A stretch of DNA of 64,000 bases from Candidatus Bathyarchaeota archaeon (GTDB lineage Archaea; Thermoproteota; Bathyarchaeia; Bathyarchaeales; Bathycorpusculaceae): NCBI GenBank assembly GCA_963827165.1, contig CAWGZR010000009.1, forward strand, positions 1 through 64,000. The letters are read 5' to 3'. Below are positions 38,135-47,524 of the stretch, piece after piece (position 1 is the stretch's first letter; each line of letters starts with the position of its first letter). The notes under the pieces are model-generated. The model searched no databases, was not told where the DNA came from, and worked only from the letters and a program-made list of their open reading frames with translations. Position numbers and translations under genes: made by a program.

Positions 38135-39184
38135 ATAAACACAGTCGACCAAACGCATTCGGAAACGGGAGAAGTCGCACCGAGAGTTGTAGCTTGGGAA
38201 TCCACACGTGCATGTAATTTTGCCTGCGTCCATTGCAGAGCTGAAGCCCAAAAAGAACCCGATCCGAAACAACTCACAACCCAACAAGCACTTAATCTGG
38301 TTGATCAAATCGCCAAGTTATGCAAGCCAGTGTTCATTATAAGCGGCGGTGACCCTCTTCAGAGAAAAGACATCTTCGAAATTGCTTCACGCGCCTCCGG
38401 CTTAGGTTTTAGGGTGGTTATGTCACCAAGCGGCAGCAACTTGACCGCGGATACGTTTGAAAAAATGAATGCTTCTGGTGTAAAGATGATTTCACTTAGC
38501 CTTGACGGTTCAAACCCGGAAATTCATGACAATTTCAGGCAGGTGGCAGGCGCCTTCGATTTGGCTATGAAAAACATGTCTCTGGCTCGTCAAAGCGGAT
38601 TTGCTTTTCGCGTTAACACAACTGTGACCCAGCATAACCTTGATGACCTTTTCAATATTCAGAAGGTAGCGGCTGAAATGGGGGCTCGTGAATGGGACGT
38701 TTTTATGTTGGTGCCCACTGGTCGTGGAAAGGTGAAGATGGAAATAACTGCGGACCAATATGAGAAGACTATTCAGTCTATTTATAAAGCAAGCCTCACA
38801 TCGCCCATTCCGATTAAAATGACATGTGCGCCTCAATACATGCGGGTTATTGCTCAGCAACAGAAAGAACCACACCAATCACATGGAGGCGGCAGAGGAT
38901 GCATGGCTGGGAACGGCTTTTGCTTTGTATCTCACATCGGAGAAGTATTCGGCTGCGGTTTCCTCCCAATTTCAGCAGGCAATATTCGGCAACAAAAGTT
39001 TAAGCAAATCTACCAGCAATCGCCCTTGTTCATTCAGTTACGCAATCATGAATCGCTGAAAGGAAAATGCGGCGGATGCGAGTATAAGGCGTTGTGCGGT
39101 GGCTGCCGTGCAAGAGCATTATCCATACACAAGGACTACTTAGCAGAGGAACCATACTGCACTTACAATCCCCCATTAGTCTAA
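38135..39184 (+). CDS. ahbD: Radical SAM heme b synthase
   Basis: VAWESTRACNFACVHCRA lies upstream of the first GTG; TCAPQY, GCMAG, CGGCRARA; ATA start inferred. Confidence 0.88.
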   Translation: MNTVDQTHSETGEVAPRVVAWESTRACNFACVHCRAEAQKEPDPKQLTTQQALNLVDQIAKLCKPVFIISGGDPLQRKDIFEIASRASGLGFRVVMSPSGSNLTADTFEKMNASGVKMISLSLDGSNPEIHDNFRQVAGAFDLAMKNMSLARQSGFAFRVNTTVTQHNLDDLFNIQKVAAEMGAREWDVFMLVPTGRGKVKMEITADQYEKTIQSIYKASLTSPIPIKMTCAPQYMRVIAQQQKEPHQSHGGGRGCMAGNGFCFVSHIGEVFGCGFLPISAGNIRQQKFKQIYQQSPLFIQLRNHESLKGKCGGCEYKALCGGCRARALSIHKDYLAEEPYCTYNPPLV

Positions 39185-39324
39185 TACATAATAGTTCATA
39201 TTGCTAAACTAAAGATAAAACAAGCAATACTATCTTCTGACCAGAAATAACTCTTCATCTGTTTTTTGCATCTGAAAGATTAAGAACCAACTAGACATGA
39301 TGTCGTACTGCGGTCTAAAAAGAA

Positions 39325-40152
39325 TTACTTGAGCTCTTTTTGCAGTAAACTAAGTGCCTCTTCAAATTTAATCGGAACTTCATCAACTAACCCTAAATTC
39401 TTAAGCTTAGTAAAAAGCCTCGCAATAGATGGCAACTCAAGTCCCGCTGATTCAAGCAAAGCCACATCCTGCAGAACCTTATGCATTTCCCCGCCGCCCA
39501 GCAACGACCCATGGCTGACAACAATCACCCGATCGGCAAGTTCAGGCAACGCCTCCACATCATGGGTAGAAACCACAATTGTAGTTCCCTCAGCGCTAAG
39601 TTCATTTAGCAAATCAATCAGCCCTCGCCGCGACACCAAATCCAGATTCGCCGTAGGCTCATCAAGTATAACCAACTCAGGACGCAACACCAAGGCAGTC
39701 GCCAAAGAGACCTTTTTCTTTTCGCCAAAACTTAATCGGTGGGGAGGACGATTTTTCAAATGGCTTATACCAATGTCTTCAAGGATGTGGTCACATCTTT
39801 CCGCAATAACTTTGTCGGGAAGCCTCAGGTTTTTTGGGCCGTAAGCTATGTCTTCGATGACGCTTTGGTTGAAAAGTTGGTCATCGGGGTCTTGGAATAC
39901 AATGCCGATTTTTTGCCGCAGCTTTTGAAACGATTTTGAGGTTACGTCTTCGCCAAAAACCCTGATTTCTCCCCTCTCAGGAGACAAAAGCCCAGCTATG
40001 AGCAAAATGAGGGTTGATTTACCTGAACCGTTTGGACCCAACAAGGCTACTCGTTCGCCTTTTTGGATTTCAAACGACACATCAGAAATTGCCTTCACTC
40101 CAGCAGGATAGCTGAATTTAACGTTTTTTACTGAAATAATCGGTTCCGACAT
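39325..40152 (-). CDS. cbiO: ECF Ni/Co transporter ATPase (NikO/CbiO)
   Basis: GPNGSGKST, VFQDPDDQLF, LSFGEKK, LDEPTANLD. Confidence 0.9.
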   Translation of the reverse strand: MSEPIISVKNVKFSYPAGVKAISDVSFEIQKGERVALLGPNGSGKSTLILLIAGLLSPERGEIRVFGEDVTSKSFQKLRQKIGIVFQDPDDQLFNQSVIEDIAYGPKNLRLPDKVIAERCDHILEDIGISHLKNRPPHRLSFGEKKKVSLATALVLRPELVILDEPTANLDLVSRRGLIDLLNELSAEGTTIVVSTHDVEALPELADRVIVVSHGSLLGGGEMHKVLQDVALLESAGLELPSIARLFTKLKNLGLVDEVPIKFEEALSLLQKELK

Positions 40153-40163
40153 TAGTTGACCTT

Positions 40164-40979
40164 CTATAATATCAGTAAGATTAAACTAAACGCAATTATT
40201 ATTGACGATGCGAAGGCTACATCAAGCCATCTAAAAGAGGGTAACGCCAGTTTATGGTCGTTTTCTATGCTGAAGCCGCGTGACTTCATCGCAAGATAAA
40301 CTCTTTCTGAGCGTTCATAGGTGCGGATGAACAGGGCAGCGAGGATGGCGCCGAAGTCTTTTAGGGCTGGATAATTCATGGTGCTTCTGTGTATGTATGT
40401 TCGGGCTTCTTTAGCTATCAAAAAACTCTGCACTTCATGCACTGACACAAAGAAGTACCGGTAAGTCAAGCTAAACAATTGAACAACAACTGCAGGAATT
40501 CTTAGTGAAGCAAGGAGCTTTAGCAGTTTCTCAAAGCCCAGGGAAACCACAAGAGTAGTCAAGGATGCTACGCAGAACCAAACGCGAATAGTAAACACCA
40601 AAAACCGCGTGATTCCCGTTGAGGTAATGGCTAAAGTAAAAAGTCTAAAGTTGGTAGCGGCAATTGTTTGTCCAGGCGTTATGAAAAGGATGGGTATGGA
40701 GATTAATGCTGCAAATGCTGGAATCCAAATGGTTCTGGAAAGAAGATACTTAAATGGAACACGTGATGCAACGGCAAGAACGATCGGTATTATGCAGATT
40801 AGAAGTAAGTAGGGAAGCGAAAAAATGAAGAGGGAAGTCACTATCATGAAGACAACTACTATGAGGTTGATAAGCGGGTTGATGCTTTGCATCAGACCGC
40901 GCTTATTGCTCAAGTCTTCAACATAGACCAGTGACTCCGAACCATCGACTATATCTCTTAGAGACTGAGGAACTCTCAT
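40164..40979 (-). CDS. cbiQ: ECF Ni/Co transporter T component (NikQ/CbiQ)
   Basis: LTYRYF, ARTY, ERSERVYLAMKSRGF. Confidence 0.9.
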   Translation of the reverse strand: MRVPQSLRDIVDGSESLVYVEDLSNKRGLMQSINPLINLIVVVFMIVTSLFIFSLPYLLLICIIPIVLAVASRVPFKYLLSRTIWIPAFAALISIPILFITPGQTIAATNFRLFTLAITSTGITRFLVFTIRVWFCVASLTTLVVSLGFEKLLKLLASLRIPAVVVQLFSLTYRYFFVSVHEVQSFLIAKEARTYIHRSTMNYPALKDFGAILAALFIRTYERSERVYLAMKSRGFSIENDHKLALPSFRWLDVAFASSIIIAFSLILLIL

Positions 40980-41269
40980 GTTAACTGACTCTTTTTTCTT
41001 TGCACGATTTTAGCAACTACCAGCCCCAGACAGAAGAGCCCCAATGTTCCAAATACGCCGACAATGAGAAGACCCCAAGTATTCTCTAAGCCAGGAATGT
41101 TATAGCCGTCGAACGGTGCTTTGTAAATCGATGTCTCATTGTCATTCATTTTTCCCGCCTGCTTATCCAACGTTTCGAACGAATAAGATAATACGAAGGT
41201 GCCGACTAAGACGAATATCATCGCTATTGCGAGTATGAGTATTATGGTTCGTTTAGTTGTTAATGGCAA
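40976..41269 (-). CDS. PDGLE-like (NikN-type) accessory membrane subunit
   Basis: ETLDKQA..APFDGYNIPG, 2 TM, between the M and Q genes. Confidence 0.75.
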   Translation of the reverse strand: MPLTTKRTIILILAIAMIFVLVGTFVLSYSFETLDKQAGKMNDNETSIYKAPFDGYNIPGLENTWGLLIVGVFGTLGLFCLGLVVAKIVQRKKSQLT

Positions 41270-41280
41270 AGTTTTTCACC

Positions 41281-42009
41281 TCACTCCTTAGCCTGCTTCT
41301 TTTGCTCGGTTGCTTGCTTGTTTTCCTCATCTAAATCCTCCTTGTTTTGGAGCTGGGGGATTCGTTTGAGGATGGGGCTTTGCATCAATAAATCTGGCCG
41401 TAGCTTTAGCAGGGTTCCTACCAATATCGCTGTGATTATGCCTTCTCCGACGCCTATGATTGAATGATTCATTGCCATGGCTGGAACTGCAACGTTGAGT
41501 CCGTACTGGAAGACTGGCTGTGAAAGACCTAGTTCTGTGCCTGCTGCGATAGCTGCTAGTACGTCGCCTGCGAACGCCGACACAAAAATTACAGCGTATA
41601 ATTTGTTGCCTTTTACTCCGACTAACTTGTACAGTAGCAGAAAGACCGCGCAGGGAACGAGTACGGCGATTATGCCCATGTTTAGGACGTTTGCTCCAAG
41701 AGTTGTGAGTCCACCGTCACCAAACAGCAGTGCCTGCAAGACTAGGATTACTGTTATGCCGATGCCGCCTGCAAAAGGTCCAAGAATCAAACCCATAGAG
41801 GCGCCGCCGAGCAAGTGAGCTGTGGTTCCACCCACGACAGGCCAGTTCATCATCATGGCTGCAAAGAAAAGCGCACATAGAAGACCCAGTATTGGGACCT
41901 GTTTTTCTGTGAGTTTAACTTTTTTTATGCAGATTGCCCACCAAATAATAGTGATAATAAACGCTGGAACGAAAACATAAGCTGTTAGATATCCGTCAGG
42001 TATGTGCAT
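41281..42009 (-). CDS. cbiM: ECF Ni/Co transporter substrate-binding M subunit (NikM/CbiM)
   Basis: MHIPDGYL N-terminus, GTTAHLLG, FGDGGLTTLGAN. Confidence 0.92.
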   Translation of the reverse strand: MHIPDGYLTAYVFVPAFIITIIWWAICIKKVKLTEKQVPILGLLCALFFAAMMMNWPVVGGTTAHLLGGASMGLILGPFAGGIGITVILVLQALLFGDGGLTTLGANVLNMGIIAVLVPCAVFLLLYKLVGVKGNKLYAVIFVSAFAGDVLAAIAAGTELGLSQPVFQYGLNVAVPAMAMNHSIIGVGEGIITAILVGTLLKLRPDLLMQSPILKRIPQLQNKEDLDEENKQATEQKKQAKE

Positions 42010-42025
42010 AGATGTCTCCTCCGCG

Positions 42026-42091
42026 GTAACACGTTTTATAGAAAACGTGTTACTTGAATAAAAGTGTTACTAATAATGAAAATCGTGTTAC
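42026..42091. promoter_or_regulatory. Two tandem 28-bp NikR-type operators
   Basis: GTAACAC-N14-GTGTTAC palindrome (42026-42053) and GTGTTAC-N14-GTGTTAC (42064-42091). Confidence 0.7.
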
Positions 42092-42140
42092 TCATGCAGG
42101 TGCGCAAAATGAAAGCAGACAACCAGCCCACAGAAAAAAG

Positions 42141-42345
42141 GACCAGTTCCATCATCAGTTTGTTCCCACTTTCGTGCCCTTGATTCCAAACAGGGGTCCT
42201 GTCGGAACAGTCTGCTTGTGTGCGCTGGATAGGGAGAGCAAGATTGCTCAAATGTTAGCATTATCGCCGCAGCGTTCTTGGCTGCCAGTTTATGGCCGCA
42301 TTTTGGGAGGTGTTCTTACGTGTTTTGCAATTGTCCTTCCGGCAG
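42141..42345 (+). pseudogene. Inverted partial duplicate of the ABC permease gene at 30197-30402
   Basis: QFVPTFV..CLCALDRESK..MLALSPQRSW..GRILGGVL.CFAIVLPA present in both. Confidence 0.85.
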
Positions 42346-42401
42346 AATAAACATTAACGTATTTTAGGAGACGAATCAGCGTGCCAATTTAAGGAAGACT
42401 T

Positions 42402-42431
42402 ATATCTGTACCAACATGTCTATTCCGACAT
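42402..42431. promoter_or_regulatory. PadR-type operator (ATGT-N8-ACAT, overlapping pair)
   Basis: atatctgtaccaacat and atgtctattccgacat immediately upstream of the PadR-family gene. Confidence 0.6.
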
Positions 42432-42445
42432 AACGAGGTCTTCAT

Positions 42446-42895
42446 ATGCTACAGGGGCTTTTGAAAATGTGGATGCTAAAAATAATTTCGAAAAAGGAAG
42501 TTAGTGGTTACGAAATTATCAAGAAAGTAGACGAGTTAACGGGGAAAAAACCCAGCACAGGGTCGGTCTATCCTTTGCTGAAGTCAATGCAGAACGAGGG
42601 TTGGATAATTGGGAAAAACCTTGGCCTAAAAACCATTTACCGGATCACTGATTCAGGCAAGAAAGTTCTGCAAGCACATAAAAACTTGAAAGACGACTAT
42701 GCACAGAAAATCAGCAGGTCTTATTATCTTGCTCAAGATACATTTACAGATTTACATCTTGTTCTCAGTCATGATAGAGATTTGATTAATCCGCTCATAA
42801 CTGAAGTATCTAAGTTGCTTGCAAACGGGATTCAACCCCAAAAAATCGAAGGGATACTTGGAAAGACAATGAATGAGTTGGAAAAACTAGAATAA
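42446..42895 (+). CDS. PadR-family transcriptional regulator
   Basis: SGYEIIK..PSTGSVYPLLKSMQNEGWI..YRITDSG. Confidence 0.92.
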   Translation: MLQGLLKMWMLKIISKKEVSGYEIIKKVDELTGKKPSTGSVYPLLKSMQNEGWIIGKNLGLKTIYRITDSGKKVLQAHKNLKDDYAQKISRSYYLAQDTFTDLHLVLSHDRDLINPLITEVSKLLANGIQPQKIEGILGKTMNELEKLE

Positions 42896-42906
42896 CGTGA
42901 TAATGC

Positions 42907-43872
42907 ATGGGTGAACCAATAATATCGGTTGAAGGACTCTGCTGCAACTACGGTAAACTCGTTGCTGTGGACGATATCAGCTTCAGCGTAGAAAAGGGAC
43001 AGATATTTTCGTTTCTAGGACCAAACGGCGCTGGAAAAACAACCACAATTAATTTGCTAATTACGTTGATACCGATACAGAAAGGCAAGGTAACAATCGC
43101 AGGGTTTGACGTAACAAAAGACAAGGATAGCGTTCGAAGATCCATAGGCGTTGTTTTTCAGGATCAAAGGCTCGATAGAGACCTCACAGTTTGGGAAACA
43201 CTGGATTTTCATGGAAGACTATACAACCTTCCAAAAACTATCAGAGGCCCTCGAATAGATGAACTCATTGAGCTGGTCGAACTGACGGATAAGAGAAATG
43301 AGTTTGCTAAGAACCTCAGCGGCGGTATGAAACGTCGTCTAGAAATTGCCAGGGGTCTTTTGACCAGACCAAAAATTTTGTTTCTCGACGAACCAACAAT
43401 AGGGTTAGACACCCAAACAAGAAGGCGAATTTGGTCATACATAAAGAAAGTGAAAACTGAAGGCGTCACAATATTCCTCACCACTCATTACATGGATGAA
43501 GCAGACCAAAACAGCGACGCCATTTGCATAATTGATAAAGGAAAGATAATAGCAAACGGTTCATCCGAGAGCCTGAAAAAATCTCTGGGACAAGCTCAAA
43601 TCCATCTTCAAACGGATGATGACGAAAAAGCCACCCGACTAATCAAAGAAGTACTTGACATAAACCAAATTAGAAGCTCGCCTGAAGGCCTAACTCTTCA
43701 GATAAAAGAGAACACACATCTGATACCGAAACTAATTGACATCCTAAGAAGCGGAGGCGTTGAAATAAGAAGCGTCAATCTAATAAAGCCCACTTTGGAC
43801 GACGTTTTTATTCATTTCACGGGTAGGGGATTGGGCGACACTATCCAAGAAGGCCATGGACCAAAACATTAA
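42907..43872 (+). CDS. DrrA-like ABC exporter ATP-binding subunit
   Basis: GPNGAGKTT, LSGGMKRRLEIARG, FLDEPT, TTHYMDEA. Confidence 0.93.
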   Translation: MGEPIISVEGLCCNYGKLVAVDDISFSVEKGQIFSFLGPNGAGKTTTINLLITLIPIQKGKVTIAGFDVTKDKDSVRRSIGVVFQDQRLDRDLTVWETLDFHGRLYNLPKTIRGPRIDELIELVELTDKRNEFAKNLSGGMKRRLEIARGLLTRPKILFLDEPTIGLDTQTRRRIWSYIKKVKTEGVTIFLTTHYMDEADQNSDAICIIDKGKIIANGSSESLKKSLGQAQIHLQTDDDEKATRLIKEVLDINQIRSSPEGLTLQIKENTHLIPKLIDILRSGGVEIRSVNLIKPTLDDVFIHFTGRGLGDTIQEGHGPKH

Positions 43873-44731
43873 CTGTAAAAGAGAAGGGTGCTTCATGGAA
43901 AACGGCTTTGTTGCAATTTATTGGCGAGACATGACTAAATTCTTTCGTTCAAAGGCTCTTCTTTTTTCTGCTCTTATTCAGCCAGTGCTTTGGCTAGTTC
44001 TTTACGGAATCTCGATGTCAAGCAACATCAACCTGTTCTTTCCTAGTGGGTCTAACCCACCGGGCGTAGTTTCTGCGAATTACATGACGTTCATGGCGGC
44101 TGGAGTGGTAGGCATGACTATTCTCTTTACTTGCCTTTATGCGGGGCAGAATGTTCAATTCGACAAACAGTATGGGCTGATGAAGTTAATTGTGGTTTCC
44201 CCTATGCCTCGCTCGCAAATACTTTTAGGGGTGACTTTAGGTGGTATTACAAAAGCATTGATCCAAACAGCTATTGTAATCGCGTTTGGGTATGTTCTCG
44301 GAGTTCATTTCTTCTTGGGCTTGACGATTATAGGTGTCCTAATGGCAATTGCAGGGGTGTTATTGTTTGTGGTGCTGTTTTCGATGGGCTTGATGTTTCT
44401 TTCAACTGCTATCGCCATGAAAGTAAGGGACCATAATGTTAGTCAAGCCGTTATAACTCTTTTAACACTGCCGCTTTTTTTTGCGAGCAATGCTCTTTAT
44501 CCGCTGGATTCGATGCCGACAGCAATAAAAATTGCAAGCGACCTCAACCCTCTTACGCACTTCATTAATGGTATGCGTTATTTTGGAATAGGCTCAGATT
44601 TCTACTCTTTTGGGGTTCACTACTCCACTTCGCCTGAGACGCTTCTTACCTCATTTGCATTTCTCGCGGGATTCACCCTCATCATGTTTTTGGCAGCGGT
44701 AAGGGCGTTTGAGACAACAAAAGAATTCTGA
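43856..44731 (+). CDS. ABC-2 type permease
   Basis: QPVLWL, VSPMPR, PLFFASNALYP, NPLTH. Confidence 0.9.
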   Translation: MDQNINCKREGCFMENGFVAIYWRDMTKFFRSKALLFSALIQPVLWLVLYGISMSSNINLFFPSGSNPPGVVSANYMTFMAAGVVGMTILFTCLYAGQNVQFDKQYGLMKLIVVSPMPRSQILLGVTLGGITKALIQTAIVIAFGYVLGVHFFLGLTIIGVLMAIAGVLLFVVLFSMGLMFLSTAIAMKVRDHNVSQAVITLLTLPLFFASNALYPLDSMPTAIKIASDLNPLTHFINGMRYFGIGSDFYSFGVHYSTSPETLLTSFAFLAGFTLIMFLAAVRAFETTKEF

Positions 44732-44845
44732 GGAAAGCTGACAAAAAAGGATGCGTACGCGCAAAAACTGGAAGAGCATAGTTGAACGAGCAAACATTTA
44801 TTAGAATAATAAGCTAACAACCGTTAAGAAAAGAAGGTAAATTTA

Positions 44846-45514
44846 GTGAAAGTTGTTGCCTCTTGGAGCGGTGGAAAAGACGGTTGTTTTGCAGTTTACA
44901 AAGCGATCAAACAAGGTTTTGACGTTTCAAACTTGTTAACTCTCATGTCAAGCGATGGAAAATCAAATTTTCACATGTTACCCCCAGAAATGTTAGCTGC
45001 TCAATCTGAAGCAGTCGGCATAAAATTGGTTACGTGGAGAACAACCGCAAACACCTACGAAGAAGAATTCAAGAAGGCGTTGCTTCAAATGAAAGCCACA
45101 GGTGCTAAAGGCTTGATTACAGGCGACATTTACGAAGTCGCACAGCACGAAGAGGGTTGGTTAGAACGGATTTGCAAAGAAGTAGGATTAGAACCTGTTA
45201 AGCCACTTTGGCTTTGCGACACAAAAAAACTTCTACGAGAATTTGTAGACATAGGTTTTAACGCTACAGTAGTCAAAGTAAACACCAAAGCATTGAGCGT
45301 AGAGTGGCTGGGAAGAGAACTAAACAACAAGTTCTACGATGACATAACCAAAATAAAAAATGTGGACCCATGCGGAGAAGGCGGCGAATACCACACATGC
45401 ATTACAGATGGTCCGATATTTAGGAAACGCATAAGACTCCTTGAAACAGAAAAGACCACACAAGGTGATTTCAGCTTCCTAAGCATTAAGCAATTCAAAA
45501 CTTTAGCCAAATAG
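44846..45514 (+). CDS. Diphthine-ammonia ligase family (DUF71/Dph6-like) PP-loop ATPase
   Basis: SWSGGKDG, GDI, PLW, DPCGEGGEYHT..DGPIF. Confidence 0.9.
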   Translation: MKVVASWSGGKDGCFAVYKAIKQGFDVSNLLTLMSSDGKSNFHMLPPEMLAAQSEAVGIKLVTWRTTANTYEEEFKKALLQMKATGAKGLITGDIYEVAQHEEGWLERICKEVGLEPVKPLWLCDTKKLLREFVDIGFNATVVKVNTKALSVEWLGRELNNKFYDDITKIKNVDPCGEGGEYHTCITDGPIFRKRIRLLETEKTTQGDFSFLSIKQFKTLAK

Positions 45515-45815
45515 ACACAACTTCGGATTTCTAGTTCGCACTTACATTACATTAAACGTTAGAAAAAATTGGAGTATCAAAATTAACTCGAGAAGCCTTG
45601 AAAAATGAAAATGCTCAGGGTATGCTGAATGAACGAAAGAGTTGACGCAAGATTAGTTGCATGTTGTGGAATCGATAAATTTTGCACAACAAAAATTGAA
45701 CAGAGTTTGAACAATTTGCGGAATACGCTAAGCTTCAATGGGTTACAAGCAGGTTAAGCATTAACTCAGCATTTGGGCAACTGCTATTGTAAAATCCGAG
45801 TTTCACGTCAATCAT

Positions 45816-46255
45816 TTAAACAACGAATTTGGCTTGAGGGTTTCCGATTTCGATTTCGTTTCCCAAAGCACCCAACGCCTTTTCCTCAAGTATTTCAGCA
45901 ATCCGATCATCGCAACCTAAAGGTTCACCATAAAAAAGCTCGATACCGCGCGCTCTCAGATGAAGCTCCTGCTCCTTTAAATCAATCAACTCAGGAATAT
46001 CATTCATCGTCTGCACCCCAGCAGCCAAAAAAGCAGGAACCAACACGATCTTTGACACACCCTGACTAGCGAGCGCATATATTGCCTCAGCAACAGTTGG
46101 AATATCCCTAATCATAAACCCAACCTCAACAATCTTAAACTAGATCGTTTGTGCAAAATATTAGCTAACTTTTCCAAGTTCACTCTGTTATAAGGCAGCT
46201 TACTCCCATGACCAACCAGAATCAAACCAACATCATCCAACACAACATTTTTCAA
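45816..46255 (-). pseudogene. cbiX: Second CbiX/SirB chelatase, frameshifted near 46138
   Basis: VGLILVGHGSKLP..., 1-nt frameshift, then PAFLAAGVQTMNDIP..GEPLG. Confidence 0.75.
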
Positions 46256-46381
46256 ACCAGATTCCCCCCCCCCGTTTCTGCAAACAACCATACAGACAAC
46301 TCATTAGCAAATCTCCACTTTTAGCCGACTAAAATATTAGCTTATACAGAGACAGATTAGTTATGTAACGTGTCAACTTAT

Positions 46382-46567
46382 TCAGCGCCTATTTTGTTTT
46401 TCCTTTTTTGTTCTTCTTGTGCCTTCTACTAAGATAATTATGGCAGCTAAAATTAGCAATGCACCTGCTATTATCCATGGAATAGTTCCTGCAGACGCAA
46501 TCTCAAAACCTATGATTCCTATTATGAAGGCGATTGGGAATTCTAATTTTTTGAGAATGTCGTTCAT
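46382..46567 (-). CDS. Small two-TM membrane protein
   Basis: Two hydrophobic helices and a basic tail. Confidence 0.55.
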   Translation of the reverse strand: MNDILKKLEFPIAFIIGIIGFEIASAGTIPWIIAGALLILAAIIILVEGTRRTKKEKQNRR

Positions 46568-46629
46568 GGCAAAACTTCAAGTTATGTTAATTGACAAAAA
46601 AAGAGGTGTATTAAGAGGTTTAGTTGAGT

Positions 46630-47493
46630 TCAAGTATGGATTTCGCGCGCGCAATCTTTCTCTTCAAGGAGGCCTACTATGGTTTTTCTGGCTTCACCTA
46701 TGGTAAGAGGGTAACGCTCGTTTGTTATTACATTATTTTCCTTGCTTAGAATTTCGAACAGGTGTGTAATTCGAGGTAGACGTAGATCCATACCTCTGAT
46801 TAAGTCTGCTTGCGAAAAAATCTCGGCAGGTGACCCTTGTAGAACGACTTGACCTTTCTTGAGAATACATATTTTATTGGCAAAAAGTGGAACCAAATCC
46901 AAATCATGAGTTGCAATTATCAAAGTTATCCCCATTTCCTTGTTCAGCTGAAGCAGAAGTTTTAGGACTTTACTAGTCGTTCTAGGGTCTAGATTAGCCA
47001 TAGGTTCATCCAATATTATGATTTCAGGTTTCATCGCAAGCACTCCGGCAATGGCAGCCCGCCTTTTTTGCCCAGTGCTCAAGTTCTGTGTGCCCTTATG
47101 ATCTAACTCTGTGATTTCTGTGGCTTCCAAAGCCCATTTCACGCGTGCTTTAACTTCTTCAATTGGCAAGCCCAAGTTTATGGGTCCAAAAGCAACATCC
47201 TCGCCTACAGTTCGCGCAAATAATTGATCATCTGGATCTTGGAAAACCAAGCCCACTTTTTGCCGTACCCAATCAAGATTGTCGTTAACTACTTCTTTAC
47301 CTAGTACGACAACTTTTCCTGAAGTTGGCATTAGCAACCCGTTGAAATGATGAATCAGAGTAGATTTACCGGCACCATTAGGACCAAGGATAGCCATGTT
47401 TTCCCCTTTTTCCACAGCGAAGTTAAGGCTGTTAAGAGCTTTTGTACCATCATGATATGTGTATTCAAGATTAATTGTTTCAACTGCTTTCAA
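46630..47493 (-). CDS. cbiO: ECF cobalt transporter ATPase
   Basis: GPNGAGKST, VFQDPDDQLF, LSTGQKRR, LDEPMANLD. Confidence 0.92.
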   Translation of the reverse strand: MKAVETINLEYTYHDGTKALNSLNFAVEKGENMAILGPNGAGKSTLIHHFNGLLMPTSGKVVVLGKEVVNDNLDWVRQKVGLVFQDPDDQLFARTVGEDVAFGPINLGLPIEEVKARVKWALEATEITELDHKGTQNLSTGQKRRAAIAGVLAMKPEIIILDEPMANLDPRTTSKVLKLLLQLNKEMGITLIIATHDLDLVPLFANKICILKKGQVVLQGSPAEIFSQADLIRGMDLRLPRITHLFEILSKENNVITNERYPLTIGEARKTIVGLLEEKDCAREIHT

Positions 47494-47524
47494 TCTTTAT
47501 CTTTCTCCTAAATGTCTTCCATAA

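Noticed and set aside
30197-42345. Diversity-generating retroelement template/variable repeat pair
   Set aside because: No reverse transcriptase is present, differences are not adenine-specific, and the target is an internal membrane segment.
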